Source of the DNA: Sedimentisphaerales bacterium
Lineage (GTDB): Bacteria; Planctomycetota; Phycisphaerae; Sedimentisphaerales; Anaerobacaceae
Reading direction: 5' to 3'
Assembly (NCBI GenBank): GCA_963708075.1
Contig: OY970194.1
Span: 1,376,001 to 1,440,000, forward strand
DNA: 64,000 nucleotides
This document shows positions 48,246 to 58,282 of the stretch, one piece after another (position 1 is the first letter of the stretch; every line of letters starts with the position of its first letter). The notes beneath the pieces were generated by a model, which was not told the origin of the DNA, ran no database searches, and saw nothing but the letters and a program-made list of their open reading frames with translations. A program made the translations under genes and the position numbers.

Positions 48246-50441
48246 ATGAGAAGATTCGTTGGACAGGCACGGTGGGCGGTGATCGTATTCTGCTTGTCGG
48301 CATGTGTAGCACAGGGTGGCAGGGAGGCGTCGCCATCCATATCGCCGCCTGGGATGAGCAAGGCGTCGCTTGTCGTGCATGCGGCTGAGACGTCAAAGTA
48401 CCCGGTGCCGCGATACATCACGGGCAAATTCTGCGAGCACCTGTATTTCAACGTCACGAACGGCATGGAGGCCCAGATTCTCAAGAACCCGACGTTCAGC
48501 GATTACCCGTTCTCGACGGGCCAGATGTCGCCCGACGGTCTCGCGACGTTCCACTACGACCACGAGCAGATCGCCCGGGCGATTCGCGGCGATGCCGGCC
48601 GCTGGGGTTGGCCGCAGGGCGAGGCGGAGAATCTGGTCACCTCTCGAATGCAGGGCCTGGCATGCTGGTGGGCCAAACTCGGGCGAGTCGAGACCAGCCC
48701 GGACACCGGCTTGGCCGGCGGGCGAGCGCAACGTGTCGCTGCCCACGATCCGGGGCAAGGGATCATGCAGTGGACGTGGCTGCCTCTTCACCGGGTTCGC
48801 AAGTTCGAGGTCACGCTGTGGGTCCGCTCGCCGAACGTCGATTCGCTGACGGTGTCGCTTATGGGCCCTGACGGGCAGACGTGCGCCAAGGCGGCGATCT
48901 CCCCGGTGACGGCCGAATGGCGCAGATTCGATGGGAGTCTTGAAGTACCCGCGGGTCTGCCGGCCGACAAGGCGTACAGGCTCGCGGTAACGGCGGATCA
49001 AGCCGGCCAGTTCGTGATCGATACTATGCTGCTGTATCCTGCCGATCATGTCAATCACAGCGACCCCGATGTCATTCGGTTCCTGAAGGAGTCCCGGCTG
49101 CCGATTCTTCGCTGGCCCGGCGGCAATTTCGTCAGTACGTATCATTGGCGCGACGGCATCGGGCCCATCGAGCAACGGCCGACTCTGCCCAACTATGCCT
49201 GGGGACAGCAGGAGAACAACTTCTTCGGCACCGACGAGTTCATCGCGTTCTGCCGGGCCGTCGGGTGCGAGCCGATGATCTGCGTGAATGCCGGCAGCGG
49301 CACGCCTGAGGAGACCGCCCAGTGGATCGAGTACTGCAACGGTGGGCCGGAAACCTCCATGGGAAAGCTCCGCGCGGCCAATGGCCATCCGCAACCCTAC
49401 AACATCAGGCACTGGGAAGTCGGCAACGAGCTTTGGGGATCGTGGCAATATCACTGGACGACCGCGGAAGGCTACGTGGATCGGTACAGGCGATTTGTGA
49501 AGGCCATGCTTGCGGCCGATCCGGGCATCAAGCTCTACGCTTGTGGCGCGCCGGTGATGTGGGGCAAGGCATGGAACGACACGCTGATCGCCGGGGCCGC
49601 CGATCTGATGCAGGCCACGACGGACCACCCGCTCATTGGCGGCGACGTCCCGCCGAGCACGGAGCCGCTCGATGTGTTCCGTGATTTCATGGCGGTGCCG
49701 GAGGTGCTGGAGCAGAAATGGGCGGCCCTTCGCAAGGACATGGAAGCCGGTGGGATCAAGGACCCGCGTCTGGCGGTTACGGAGCTCCAGATGTTCGCCC
49801 ATATCGGGCAGGGCGGTTCGTCCGATGGGCCGAGGCGACTCACACATGACAAGCTCGTAAGTCCCCCTACACATGCGGAGGGGCTGTACGATCTCCTGGT
49901 CTACCACGCGGCGGTTCGCTTAGCCCCATTCGTCGAGATGGTGACCCACTCGGCCACGGTCAACCATGGTGGCGGACTGCGCAAGAGCCGTGAGCGCGTC
50001 TTTGCGAACCCATGCCACTATGCGCAATCCATGTTCGCTGCCTTTGCGGGAACGATGCCCGTCAAGATGGAGCTGACCTGCCCGTCCGGCAAAGCCCCTC
50101 TGGTCTTGCCCGAGCTACGGAACGTGACGAAGGATTGGAGCTACAAGATGCTCGACGCCCTGGCCGCCCGGACCTCCGATGGTGACCTGCTGCTATCCAT
50201 TGTGCAGAAGGGGACCGAGCCGATTGAAATGGACATCGCGATGAAGGATTTCGAGCCTGCTGGGCAGGCACAGGTCCAGACCCTTGCCGCCGATGTGCCC
50301 TGGGCCCAGAACACGCTTGAAGCCCCCGGGGCGATCGCCCCCGCGACGAGCACCGTGCAATTGAGTGGCACCGGGCTATCGCTCAAGCTCCAGCCGTACA
50401 GCTACACGCTCGTGCGAATCCCCCATGGGGCACCCAGGTAG
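48246..50441 (+). CDS. GH51 alpha-L-arabinofuranosidase family protein
   Basis: FCEHL, LRWPGGNF, FGTDEF, WEVGNE; signal peptide. Confidence 0.9.
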   Translation: MRRFVGQARWAVIVFCLSACVAQGGREASPSISPPGMSKASLVVHAAETSKYPVPRYITGKFCEHLYFNVTNGMEAQILKNPTFSDYPFSTGQMSPDGLATFHYDHEQIARAIRGDAGRWGWPQGEAENLVTSRMQGLACWWAKLGRVETSPDTGLAGGRAQRVAAHDPGQGIMQWTWLPLHRVRKFEVTLWVRSPNVDSLTVSLMGPDGQTCAKAAISPVTAEWRRFDGSLEVPAGLPADKAYRLAVTADQAGQFVIDTMLLYPADHVNHSDPDVIRFLKESRLPILRWPGGNFVSTYHWRDGIGPIEQRPTLPNYAWGQQENNFFGTDEFIAFCRAVGCEPMICVNAGSGTPEETAQWIEYCNGGPETSMGKLRAANGHPQPYNIRHWEVGNELWGSWQYHWTTAEGYVDRYRRFVKAMLAADPGIKLYACGAPVMWGKAWNDTLIAGAADLMQATTDHPLIGGDVPPSTEPLDVFRDFMAVPEVLEQKWAALRKDMEAGGIKDPRLAVTELQMFAHIGQGGSSDGPRRLTHDKLVSPPTHAEGLYDLLVYHAAVRLAPFVEMVTHSATVNHGGGLRKSRERVFANPCHYAQSMFAAFAGTMPVKMELTCPSGKAPLVLPELRNVTKDWSYKMLDALAARTSDGDLLLSIVQKGTEPIEMDIAMKDFEPAGQAQVQTLAADVPWAQNTLEAPGAIAPATSTVQLSGTGLSLKLQPYSYTLVRIPHGAPR

Positions 50442-51842
50442 TTACTCCTTGCTGTCCTTCGAGGCCTCGGCGGCGATTTTCTTCTCCAGACTTGCCTTCC
50501 ACTCGTCGCCGAGTTCCTGGAGGGTGTGTCCGGTGGCTGTCTTCCACAGGTCCTCGCTGTACTTGCCCTCGCGAGCGGCCGCGTTCAGCTTGTGGACAAT
50601 GTCCTTGTCGTACGTCTCGGTGACCCAGTTGATGAAATTGCCACTGATGCGATAGTTGCCATCATACCGGGCCCGGGAAATGTTCCTGGCCGTTATGTCG
50701 GCGCCGTGCGTCTGGGGCTCGTACAGGAACCAGCGGATGTAGTCGCAAATGCCCTCGACGACCCATCCCGGCGTTCGTGTGGCGTTCGGATTGGTGCGCC
50801 TTGCCTGCCCATAGTTCTGCACCACGTGGGCGAGCTCGTGCACGACGGCGCCCTTGGCCTCGCCCTGCAGGTTTTGCCGGAACCAGCCAGCGGCACAGCG
50901 GACCCGTGTTCCGCCCGTTGCTGCCACGCCCTGCATGTTCGCGCTGAACGTGACGCTCACCCGCCTGGGGGCCTCATATCCTTCACTCGGCAGCATCTTG
51001 ACGAGTTTCGGATACCACTGCCGCACTACCGGGGCTAGGTCCTTATGTGCCCACTCCGTCATGTCGGGTGTTTCTGTCGTCTCGATCGTGATCTCGTATC
51101 CACCTTCGGTCTCGACGGTTTCCTTTCGCACCTCACCGGCCGGCTGGATCGCAGGCGCAGCGGCAATCACGGGCGCATTGGGCTCGACCACATCGATCTC
51201 GCTGTAGAATGTGTTGCCGAACGGGTCGTTTGCTTCGGTGCGAGAGACATCGAACAGCAGATAACGGAACCTGCCGAGCAGGCCGGCCGAGTCTGAGATA
51301 GTGACGCCGTACTGCCCGCCGCTGTTCCCTTGCCTCGGCCTCGTATCGACCTGTGCGAGCCGCCTCCACCCGCACGTCTGCGGATCGGTCCCTTTCTTGG
51401 GCTGAGGATTGAAGCCGTTGGCGTCACCCTCAGCGGTATATAGCGTATACACCTGCGGCCCGCGCGTGTCCGGATGCCAGGAATACGTGTTGACCTGCTT
51501 GATGGTGGTGAGGCTCGCGAGGTCCACCAGGATCCGGCCGCCATCGGCGCCCATGCCGAAGAAGAAGTTATGGGCCGGCTGGTCGTCCTCGGTGGGGATT
51601 TTGCCGTCGTGGAGCTTGTCCACGTCGCCGCCGTTGCGGTCCCTCTGGCCATCGACGATGGTGAACGTGGCCTTGCCCGCCGCGTCACTCTGCGATGGCG
51701 CAGGGACGTCTGTGAATTTGAAATCGGGCGAGGCGTCCTGGTTGCGGTGATGGCCGACAATCGTCTTGATCTCGGCGTGCGAGATCGCTGCGAACATCAG
51801 AACGGCTGTAAGGCTTGCGGTCGGTATCGTTTGCGATTTCAA
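50442..51842 (-). CDS. Secreted basic-secretory-protein (BSP)-type metallopeptidase
   Basis: TTG start, signal peptide; VHELAHVVQ and WVVEGICDYIRW. Confidence 0.85.
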   Translation of the reverse strand: MKSQTIPTASLTAVLMFAAISHAEIKTIVGHHRNQDASPDFKFTDVPAPSQSDAAGKATFTIVDGQRDRNGGDVDKLHDGKIPTEDDQPAHNFFFGMGADGGRILVDLASLTTIKQVNTYSWHPDTRGPQVYTLYTAEGDANGFNPQPKKGTDPQTCGWRRLAQVDTRPRQGNSGGQYGVTISDSAGLLGRFRYLLFDVSRTEANDPFGNTFYSEIDVVEPNAPVIAAAPAIQPAGEVRKETVETEGGYEITIETTETPDMTEWAHKDLAPVVRQWYPKLVKMLPSEGYEAPRRVSVTFSANMQGVAATGGTRVRCAAGWFRQNLQGEAKGAVVHELAHVVQNYGQARRTNPNATRTPGWVVEGICDYIRWFLYEPQTHGADITARNISRARYDGNYRISGNFINWVTETYDKDIVHKLNAAAREGKYSEDLWKTATGHTLQELGDEWKASLEKKIAAEASKDSKE

Positions 51843-53347
51843 GGAGTCCTCCTTCGTTTAGTAGTGGATGAGTCTGCGTTATATGTGTATTGAATGTCGT
51901 CAAAGAAAGCGGTCACGCTGTTTCCGTCGATCCAGGGGGTGCAGATGCCGAAGCGGTCGAACGTGGCGCCGGCGGCTTTGGCGCCCGGTTCGAGGTCCAG
52001 CGTGCAGGTCTGGTCGTCGAGAGTGACGGTGATTTGGCCGCAGCCATCGGCCCCGGCAGGGTCGTACGTCAACGTCCAATCATGGACCACGCGGTCGGGA
52101 TAAATGTGCGGGGCCTTGCCCGATCCGCCGCCCAGAGCACCGGCGATATCACCGTGCACCCGATACACGGGATAGAAGAAGAAGCCCTCGGACGATGGGC
52201 CCTCGATGTTGATGCCGAGGTAGTCCATTGGGATACCCTGATCCTGTCGTGGGTTGACGTACAGGCTCCAGGTGGAGTTGTAGAACCCGATGGAGGCCGT
52301 GCTGTCGGAAATGGCGCGATGCACGGTGACCTTGCCGCTCGCGTAGAGGGGCGTGTCGAGGGTAAGGGTCCCCAGGCGGGCGCCGTAGGCTCCCATGTGG
52401 GCCGGCTCGCGACAGTCACCGCGAAAGATCAGGCCGCCCAGTTCTCCGGCGGACTGGCCACCGGCCCAGTGGGTGGGGCTCCAGCCGAAGTCGAATCGCG
52501 GGCGAGTGTCCTTTGTTTCGTATGTGCGGCGGTTGTTGAAGGCCTCCCATCCCGGCTCCCCACGGAAATCGAACCGCTTTCCGTTGATTGTCACGTCATC
52601 GATCCACGCCTTGCCGGGGCTGTCCCAGGTCTTGGGGATCGGAAGAATGCCGAAGTGCGTGACCGTAGCGCCGTCAGCCCGGTGCTCCTTCGCGATTGCG
52701 CAGGTGGCGGTCTCGTTGTCGAGCGTGAAGGTCAACAGGCCGCTGCCCGCGGCTCCGTTGGGGTCATACGTGAGCTGCCATTGGTAGACGCGGCCGCAGG
52801 GATTCTCCTTCGCCTGGATGCGCTCGCCGGGGACGATCTCGCCGATGACACCCGCGCCGCAGCGCCAGCGGCTGGTGCCGTATTCGAAATGGCAGTGGAA
52901 GGTCTCGCCTCGGATGTTGATGCGGGCCACCAGAGCGTTGGGCGTTCGCCATTCATTGAGCGTGCCGGCGTTGAAGAAGCCCAGCAGGAAATGGCCGGGA
53001 CCTTGAGCGACGAACATTTTGCCTGAGGCGCTCATCGGGTCATCGAGCGTGAGAGGCACGGGCAGCCGGTAGGCGTAGTAGGCGGCTTCACCCGCCGGAT
53101 GGAGTGTGCCGCCGACCTCGCCCGGCCTGCCGCCTGCATGGCTGGTGGAACTGTAGCCGAAATCCTGCGTGACGATCCTTGGCTCGAAATGAGTGTTACG
53201 ATTATTGACCCCCTCCCAGTCGGCCGGCTCACGATCAAAATTCTCCTCGCGGACGGCGGCTTGGGCAGCCCAGACCGGCAGTGCGGCCGCGATCAATGCC
53301 TGTAACAGCATCGCGCCACCGGCGTGCCTGATGCCGTTCCTTTGCAT
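51839..53347 (-). CDS. Secreted hypothetical protein made of two tandem homologous beta-rich domains
   Basis: GEVGG...WQLTYDPNGA...GATVTHFGI versus GELGG...WTLTYDPAGA...GATFDRFGI. Confidence 0.75.
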   Translation of the reverse strand: MQRNGIRHAGGAMLLQALIAAALPVWAAQAAVREENFDREPADWEGVNNRNTHFEPRIVTQDFGYSSTSHAGGRPGEVGGTLHPAGEAAYYAYRLPVPLTLDDPMSASGKMFVAQGPGHFLLGFFNAGTLNEWRTPNALVARINIRGETFHCHFEYGTSRWRCGAGVIGEIVPGERIQAKENPCGRVYQWQLTYDPNGAAGSGLLTFTLDNETATCAIAKEHRADGATVTHFGILPIPKTWDSPGKAWIDDVTINGKRFDFRGEPGWEAFNNRRTYETKDTRPRFDFGWSPTHWAGGQSAGELGGLIFRGDCREPAHMGAYGARLGTLTLDTPLYASGKVTVHRAISDSTASIGFYNSTWSLYVNPRQDQGIPMDYLGINIEGPSSEGFFFYPVYRVHGDIAGALGGGSGKAPHIYPDRVVHDWTLTYDPAGADGCGQITVTLDDQTCTLDLEPGAKAAGATFDRFGICTPWIDGNSVTAFFDDIQYTYNADSSTTKRRRTP

Positions 53348-53468
53348 GTGTTCCTCCTACTGGGCTCCAGGGCAAAGACACCTATGAGGGAGCAGATCGT
53401 CGATAGCATAGAGTATACCGCGTGCCGCATGTCGGTCAATCGGCAAAAGACAGGCGTCTCACGATGCT

Positions 53469-54578
53469 TCAATGACTGGACTCGGAACTTTGACGGGGTT
53501 TGATGGCCCAACGGAATTTGGCGGAGGCGCTGCGGGGGTTGGTGCGAATCTCCTCGGGTTGTGGGACAATGACATCTCTGGATATTGACTCGTAGGTGCC
53601 GGTTCGGATGCCTTCACGGAACGACTGCTTGACGACGCGATCTTCGCCGCTATGGAAACTGATGATACCGATTCGTCCGCCCGGACGCAGGCAGTAGGGG
53701 GCGACGCGAAGGAGCTCTTTCAGCGAGCCCAGCTCATTATTGACCAGGATGCGCAGGGCCTGGAACGTGCGGGCGGCGGGGTGCAGAGTGCCGGATTCTG
53801 AGGCTTGCTGCTGGCGGCGCCAGGTTCTCGCATCGAGGCTTTTGGCATCGAAGACGATCTGGACAAGCTGCGAGGTCCGCGCGATCGGCTGCTCGGCCCG
53901 GCGGGCGACAATCATGCGGGCGATCCTGCGATGGTCAGGCTCATCCGCCAGCTCCCACAACGTATTTGCCAGTTCCTCCTCGGAAAGGCTGTTGAGCAGG
54001 TCGGCGCCGGTTTGCCTGATTCGATCGTCCATGCGCAGATCGAGCGGGCCTTCGTGTTTATAGCTCATGCCTCGCTCGGGATCGTCGATCTGCATGCTCG
54101 AAACGCCGAGGTCGGCGAAGATGACGTCGAAGCCGTCGAGTTTCTCCTTGTTCAGCACCTTGGCGATACCCGCGAAATTGCTGTGATGGAAACTCACGGG
54201 CACATTTTCCTTGCTCAGCCGTTGGCGGGTGCGCTCCAGCTCGGCGGCGTCGACATCGAGGGCGATCAACCGGCCCGCGGGTCCGACTCGCCTCATGAAC
54301 TCCAGGGCGTGGCCGCCGTAACCAACCGTGCAGTCCACGACGACTTCGCCGGGCGCGGGTCCCAGCCATTCCATGACCTCCTCCACCAGGACAGGCACGT
54401 GGCTGCCGGCGGGCGTCGTGCCCTTTTCGTGGAGATGGGCCACGATTTCCGGGTAGGCCTCGAGGTTGTGCTCCTTGTATTTCTCCGCGTAGCTCTTCGG
54501 GTGCGTGCCGCTGTACCGAGGGCGCCGCCGTTTCACAGGCCCCCGATCACCGCCACTGGACTGGTTATCGGCGCTCAT
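53469..54578 (-). CDS. rsmH: 16S rRNA m4C1402 methyltransferase RsmH (paralog with N-terminal extension)
   Basis: HVPVL, DCTVGYGGH, DLGVSSMQ, PLDLRM, FQALRILVN, ISFHSGEDR, NPRSASAK; start uncertain. Confidence 0.88.
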   Translation of the reverse strand: MSADNQSSGGDRGPVKRRRPRYSGTHPKSYAEKYKEHNLEAYPEIVAHLHEKGTTPAGSHVPVLVEEVMEWLGPAPGEVVVDCTVGYGGHALEFMRRVGPAGRLIALDVDAAELERTRQRLSKENVPVSFHHSNFAGIAKVLNKEKLDGFDVIFADLGVSSMQIDDPERGMSYKHEGPLDLRMDDRIRQTGADLLNSLSEEELANTLWELADEPDHRRIARMIVARRAEQPIARTSQLVQIVFDAKSLDARTWRRQQQASESGTLHPAARTFQALRILVNNELGSLKELLRVAPYCLRPGGRIGIISFHSGEDRVVKQSFREGIRTGTYESISRDVIVPQPEEIRTNPRSASAKFRWAIKPRQSSESSH

Positions 54579-54803
54579 CCAAGCTCCACACAAGCCAGAT
54601 TCCTTGCCTACTACTCTCTTGTCCATCTGCATACATCGCCGGCCGAATCGGTCCCCGTCGGCAAATCCTATTCTGACCGGGGAACCCGCAGAAAGCAAGA
54701 TGGGAGCCCCGAATCTCCCACGACATGTATAATCAGTTTGCAGGTCCACATTTCGGGGTTATACTGTACATAGGTGGGGCGGCCCGGAACTGGGGATCAG
54801 GCC

Positions 54804-55052
54804 ATGCAGATTCCTCCCGAGCATGAGGAGAATATCCGCCGGATTGTCGGCACACTACGATGTCCACGAGAGCATCCTTGTCACACCTGCAATTTCGAGA
54901 CCCTCGGCCGTGTCAGACCCATCGGTAGCACCGGCGTCCTCGACTGTCTCGAAGAGAGGGGCCGCCATTGCACGTACGGGTTGCCCTTCGGTGACGGTAT
55001 TCTGTGCCGGTGTCCCCTGCGGATGTACCTGGCCGATCATGGCCTGGCCTGA
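54804..55052 (+). CDS. Small Cys-rich hypothetical protein (82 aa)
   Basis: CPREHPC...DCLE...C...FG...CRCPLR; seven Cys. Confidence 0.65.
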   Translation: MQIPPEHEENIRRIVGTLRCPREHPCHTCNFETLGRVRPIGSTGVLDCLEERGRHCTYGLPFGDGILCRCPLRMYLADHGLA

Positions 55053-55066
55053 CGTGGAGTTCCGCT

Positions 55067-56488
55067 TCAATCCACCAACTGTCGCTCGATATCCTCCAGG
55101 GATTTGCCCTTGGTCTCCGGGAGCCTGCGCAGAATGAAAAGGAAGCCGGCGACGCAGATGGCCGCGTAGAGCCAAAACGTGCCCGCGGAGCCGAGACTGG
55201 CGTTCAGGATCGGGAACGTGTAGGTGAGGATAAAGCAGGCGATCCAGAGGGACGTCACGGCCACGGACATGGCGGCGCCGCGGATGCGGTTGGGGAAGAT
55301 CTCCGAGATCACCACCCACGTGACGGGTGCCAACGACATCGCGTAGCAGCCAATGGCGGCCAGGACGAGCAGGAGCATGGGTAGCCCCTTGACCCCATTG
55401 TAATAGCACAGGCCCATGGCGATGTAGATGATAGCCAATCCGGCTGAGCCCAGGAGCATCAGCGGCCGGCGCCCACCCTTGTCTACCACGCCCAAGGCCA
55501 CGAACGTGAAAGCCAGGTTCACTGAGCCGGTCCATGCAATGTTTTTGAGCACATCGGAGATGTCGTAGCCGGCGGCCCGGAAGATCTCCTCCGCATAGTT
55601 GAAGATCACGTTAATGCCGCACCATTGCTGGAACACGGCCAGCACTACGCCGAGCAGCAACACCCGGCGCATCCTTGGCTCGAGCAGGCTCGCAAATCGC
55701 ACCTGCTGAATCTCCTGACCAGCCAGCGTCGCCTGCACGTTCCGCACCTCGGCCTCGGCATACGCATCGCCGCCGATGCGCGCGAGCACGCCTCGAGCAC
55801 GAGCACTGGCACCGTTTTTGACCAGCCATCGCGGGCTCTCGGGCACGAAGAACATACTGATGAAGAATAGCAGCGACGGGGCCGCCGTCAGGGCGAACAT
55901 CCATCGCCAGCCCGCCTGACCGTACCACGAGGCCCGTATGAACTCATCGCTGGATCCGGCCGGAAGATCCTGAACGATCAGCCAGTTGACGAACTGTGCC
56001 GCCAGGATGCCGACCACGATGGTGAGCTGGTTGATCGCCACAAGCCGCCCCCTCGCCTCGGCGGGCGAAATCTCGGCGATGTACATCGGCGAGAGATTCG
56101 ACGCCAGGCCGATGGCCACGCCACCCAGAATGCGCCATGTGACGAACACAGCGAAACTCGGCGCCAGCGCGTTGCCGAGGGACGTCACGATGAACAGGGC
56201 GGCCGAGAAGATGAGCAGACGCTTGCGTCCGAACCTGTCGCTCATCACGCCCGCGATCAGCGCACCCACCAGGCAGCCGATCAGCGCGCAACTGTTGGCC
56301 CAGCCCTTCTGTGCCGCACTGGTGAGGTTGAAGTATCGCTCGAAGAATGGCTTGGCCCCGCCGATAACGACCCAGTCGTATCCGAACAGCAAGCCGCCCA
56401 TCGCCGCGGCCAAACAGATCAGCCAGATATAGGCCAGATTGTAGCGTGCGTGCACGCCGGCCTGCACCGGCACCGGAATCGCGTCCAT
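55067..56488 (-). CDS. Sugar porter MFS transporter (XylE/AraE-like)
   Basis: GGLLFGYD, DRFGRK, YIAEISP, PESPRWL, QQWCGINV, PETKG. Confidence 0.95.
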   Translation of the reverse strand: MDAIPVPVQAGVHARYNLAYIWLICLAAAMGGLLFGYDWVVIGGAKPFFERYFNLTSAAQKGWANSCALIGCLVGALIAGVMSDRFGRKRLLIFSAALFIVTSLGNALAPSFAVFVTWRILGGVAIGLASNLSPMYIAEISPAEARGRLVAINQLTIVVGILAAQFVNWLIVQDLPAGSSDEFIRASWYGQAGWRWMFALTAAPSLLFFISMFFVPESPRWLVKNGASARARGVLARIGGDAYAEAEVRNVQATLAGQEIQQVRFASLLEPRMRRVLLLGVVLAVFQQWCGINVIFNYAEEIFRAAGYDISDVLKNIAWTGSVNLAFTFVALGVVDKGGRRPLMLLGSAGLAIIYIAMGLCYYNGVKGLPMLLLVLAAIGCYAMSLAPVTWVVISEIFPNRIRGAAMSVAVTSLWIACFILTYTFPILNASLGSAGTFWLYAAICVAGFLFILRRLPETKGKSLEDIERQLVD

Positions 56489-56629
56489 AGGGCCATCCCC
56501 TGTCCATCAGGAACATCTTCGACCGTACCGAACGTCACTATGTCACAGGCTAAGAATATCCGCCACTCTCGCGTCTCGCAAGCGGCAACTGTTGCAGTCA
56601 GAGCGTGGGACACAGCTTATTAGGCATGG

Positions 56630-57136
56630 TCAGCGCAGCTCCTTCTTGAGTTGGTTGACCCATCGCTGGACACGGTCGCGGGTCTTGCCGGGCTCGTTAT
56701 CCTCGTCGAGTGCCAGGCCGACGAGACGGCCATCGAGTTCGGCGGCGGAGGCCGTATAGTCGTAGTCGTCCCTGGGCCACGTCCCGACGATGCGGGCCCC
56801 CGTGGGCTTGACCTTGTCGTAGAGCAGCCCGATTCCGTCTACGAAGTGGTCGGGGTAGCGTTTCTGGTCACCCAGCCCGAAGAAGGCAATGGTCTTGCCC
56901 GCCAGAACCTCCTCCGTCAGTTGGTCTTCGAACGTGGCCCATTCATCCTGCAGGCCCCCCCAGTGCCAGGTCGAAGTGCCGAGGATCAGCACGTCATACT
57001 TGCTCAGGTCCTCCGGCGATGCTTTGCCCACGTCGATGATCTCCACGCTGTCCGGCTCGAACGCTTTCTGGATCAGCTCTGCGACCTTCAAGGTGCTGCC
57101 GGTCGTGCTGCCGTAGAACAGGCCAATCTTTGCCAT
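56630..57136 (-). CDS. fldA: Long-chain flavodoxin
   Basis: FYGSTTGST, GTSTW, FGLGDQ, GLALDEDN. Confidence 0.9.
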   Translation of the reverse strand: MAKIGLFYGSTTGSTLKVAELIQKAFEPDSVEIIDVGKASPEDLSKYDVLILGTSTWHWGGLQDEWATFEDQLTEEVLAGKTIAFFGLGDQKRYPDHFVDGIGLLYDKVKPTGARIVGTWPRDDYDYTASAAELDGRLVGLALDEDNEPGKTRDRVQRWVNQLKKELR

Positions 57137-57272
57137 CGTGTCTCCCTTCACCATCGTGTTTGGCTGTTGACATTCCGCGCGGTCCGCTCATGGCCACACG
57201 GGTCGGTACTCCCATGCGTACGGGATGTAGTCTCTGTAGTTCGAGGAATTGGTGCTGCTGTAGTTACGCGAC

Positions 57273-58280
57273 TTACGAGATGCGGGATTCGCCAATTGGC
57301 GACGCCGGCGGGTGGCCGGTCAGTTCGAGGAACTGGCGTTCCAGGCTGCGGCCCTCGGCGAGCCTGCGTGGCGTGATGCCCATGTCCAGGATGGTCTTTA
57401 GAAGAGCAGCGATGACGGCATCCTGATCGACCTGCTCCGCGGACAGGTCGAGTTTCACGAGATACTCGGCCGACCGCGCATTGTGGTTCGCGTGGCCCGC
57501 CGGGGCAGAGGTCTGCTCCACGCTTCGCACGCCACGGATGGCGCTGAGACGCTGCAACTCCCCGTCCTGCAGCGGACGAGACAGGTCAAGCTCGCATTCG
57601 CGATTGGAGCGCGTGATCTCATCGACCGAGCCGGCCAGGACCATGCGGCCGTGGTCCAGAATCGCCACGTGATCGCACAATTCCTGGATCTCGGCCAGAT
57701 TGTGGGAGCTTACCAGGATCGTCGCGCGTTCCTGCAACTGCTTGACCAGGTCGCGGACCTGTCGGGCATTGGCCGGATCGAGTCCCGCCGTTGGCTCGTC
57801 CAGAAGAATCACTTCCGGATGTCCCAGGAACGCCTGTGCGACGCCCAGCCGTTTGACCATGCCGTGGGACAGGCTGCTCACGCGTCTCCGGGCCACCGAT
57901 TGCAGGCCCACCATGCCCAGCGTGTGCAGCACCTCCTCCTGTGCCTGCTGTCTCGTACGGCCGGCGAGCCGCCGGAAGAAGACGAGCTGATCGAGGATGG
58001 GTACGTTGCGCTGGAACTGCGCATCCTGCGGCAGGATGCTGAGACGGCCGCGCAGCCGGGAGATGTACCGCGTGTCGATGCCGAGGACTTCGACAGTGCC
58101 CGAGTTGGCCTTGAGGAAGTTGGCGGTGAGCGAGAAGAGGGTGGTCTTTCCCGCCCCGTTGGGCCCGAGCAGTCCGAAGATGGAATGGGCCGGCACCTCG
58201 AACGATACATCATTCAGGGCCTGCGTTCGGCCGAATCTCTTGGATAGTCCCTTGATGGATACCGCAGGTGTCATCGTCAT
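57273..58280 (-). CDS. ABC transporter ATP-binding protein (ABC-2 type)
   Basis: GPNGAGKTT, LSHGM, LLDEPT, SSH. Confidence 0.93.
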   Translation of the reverse strand: MTMTPAVSIKGLSKRFGRTQALNDVSFEVPAHSIFGLLGPNGAGKTTLFSLTANFLKANSGTVEVLGIDTRYISRLRGRLSILPQDAQFQRNVPILDQLVFFRRLAGRTRQQAQEEVLHTLGMVGLQSVARRRVSSLSHGMVKRLGVAQAFLGHPEVILLDEPTAGLDPANARQVRDLVKQLQERATILVSSHNLAEIQELCDHVAILDHGRMVLAGSVDEITRSNRECELDLSRPLQDGELQRLSAIRGVRSVEQTSAPAGHANHNARSAEYLVKLDLSAEQVDQDAVIAALLKTILDMGITPRRLAEGRSLERQFLELTGHPPASPIGESRIS

Positions 58281-58282
58281 AC

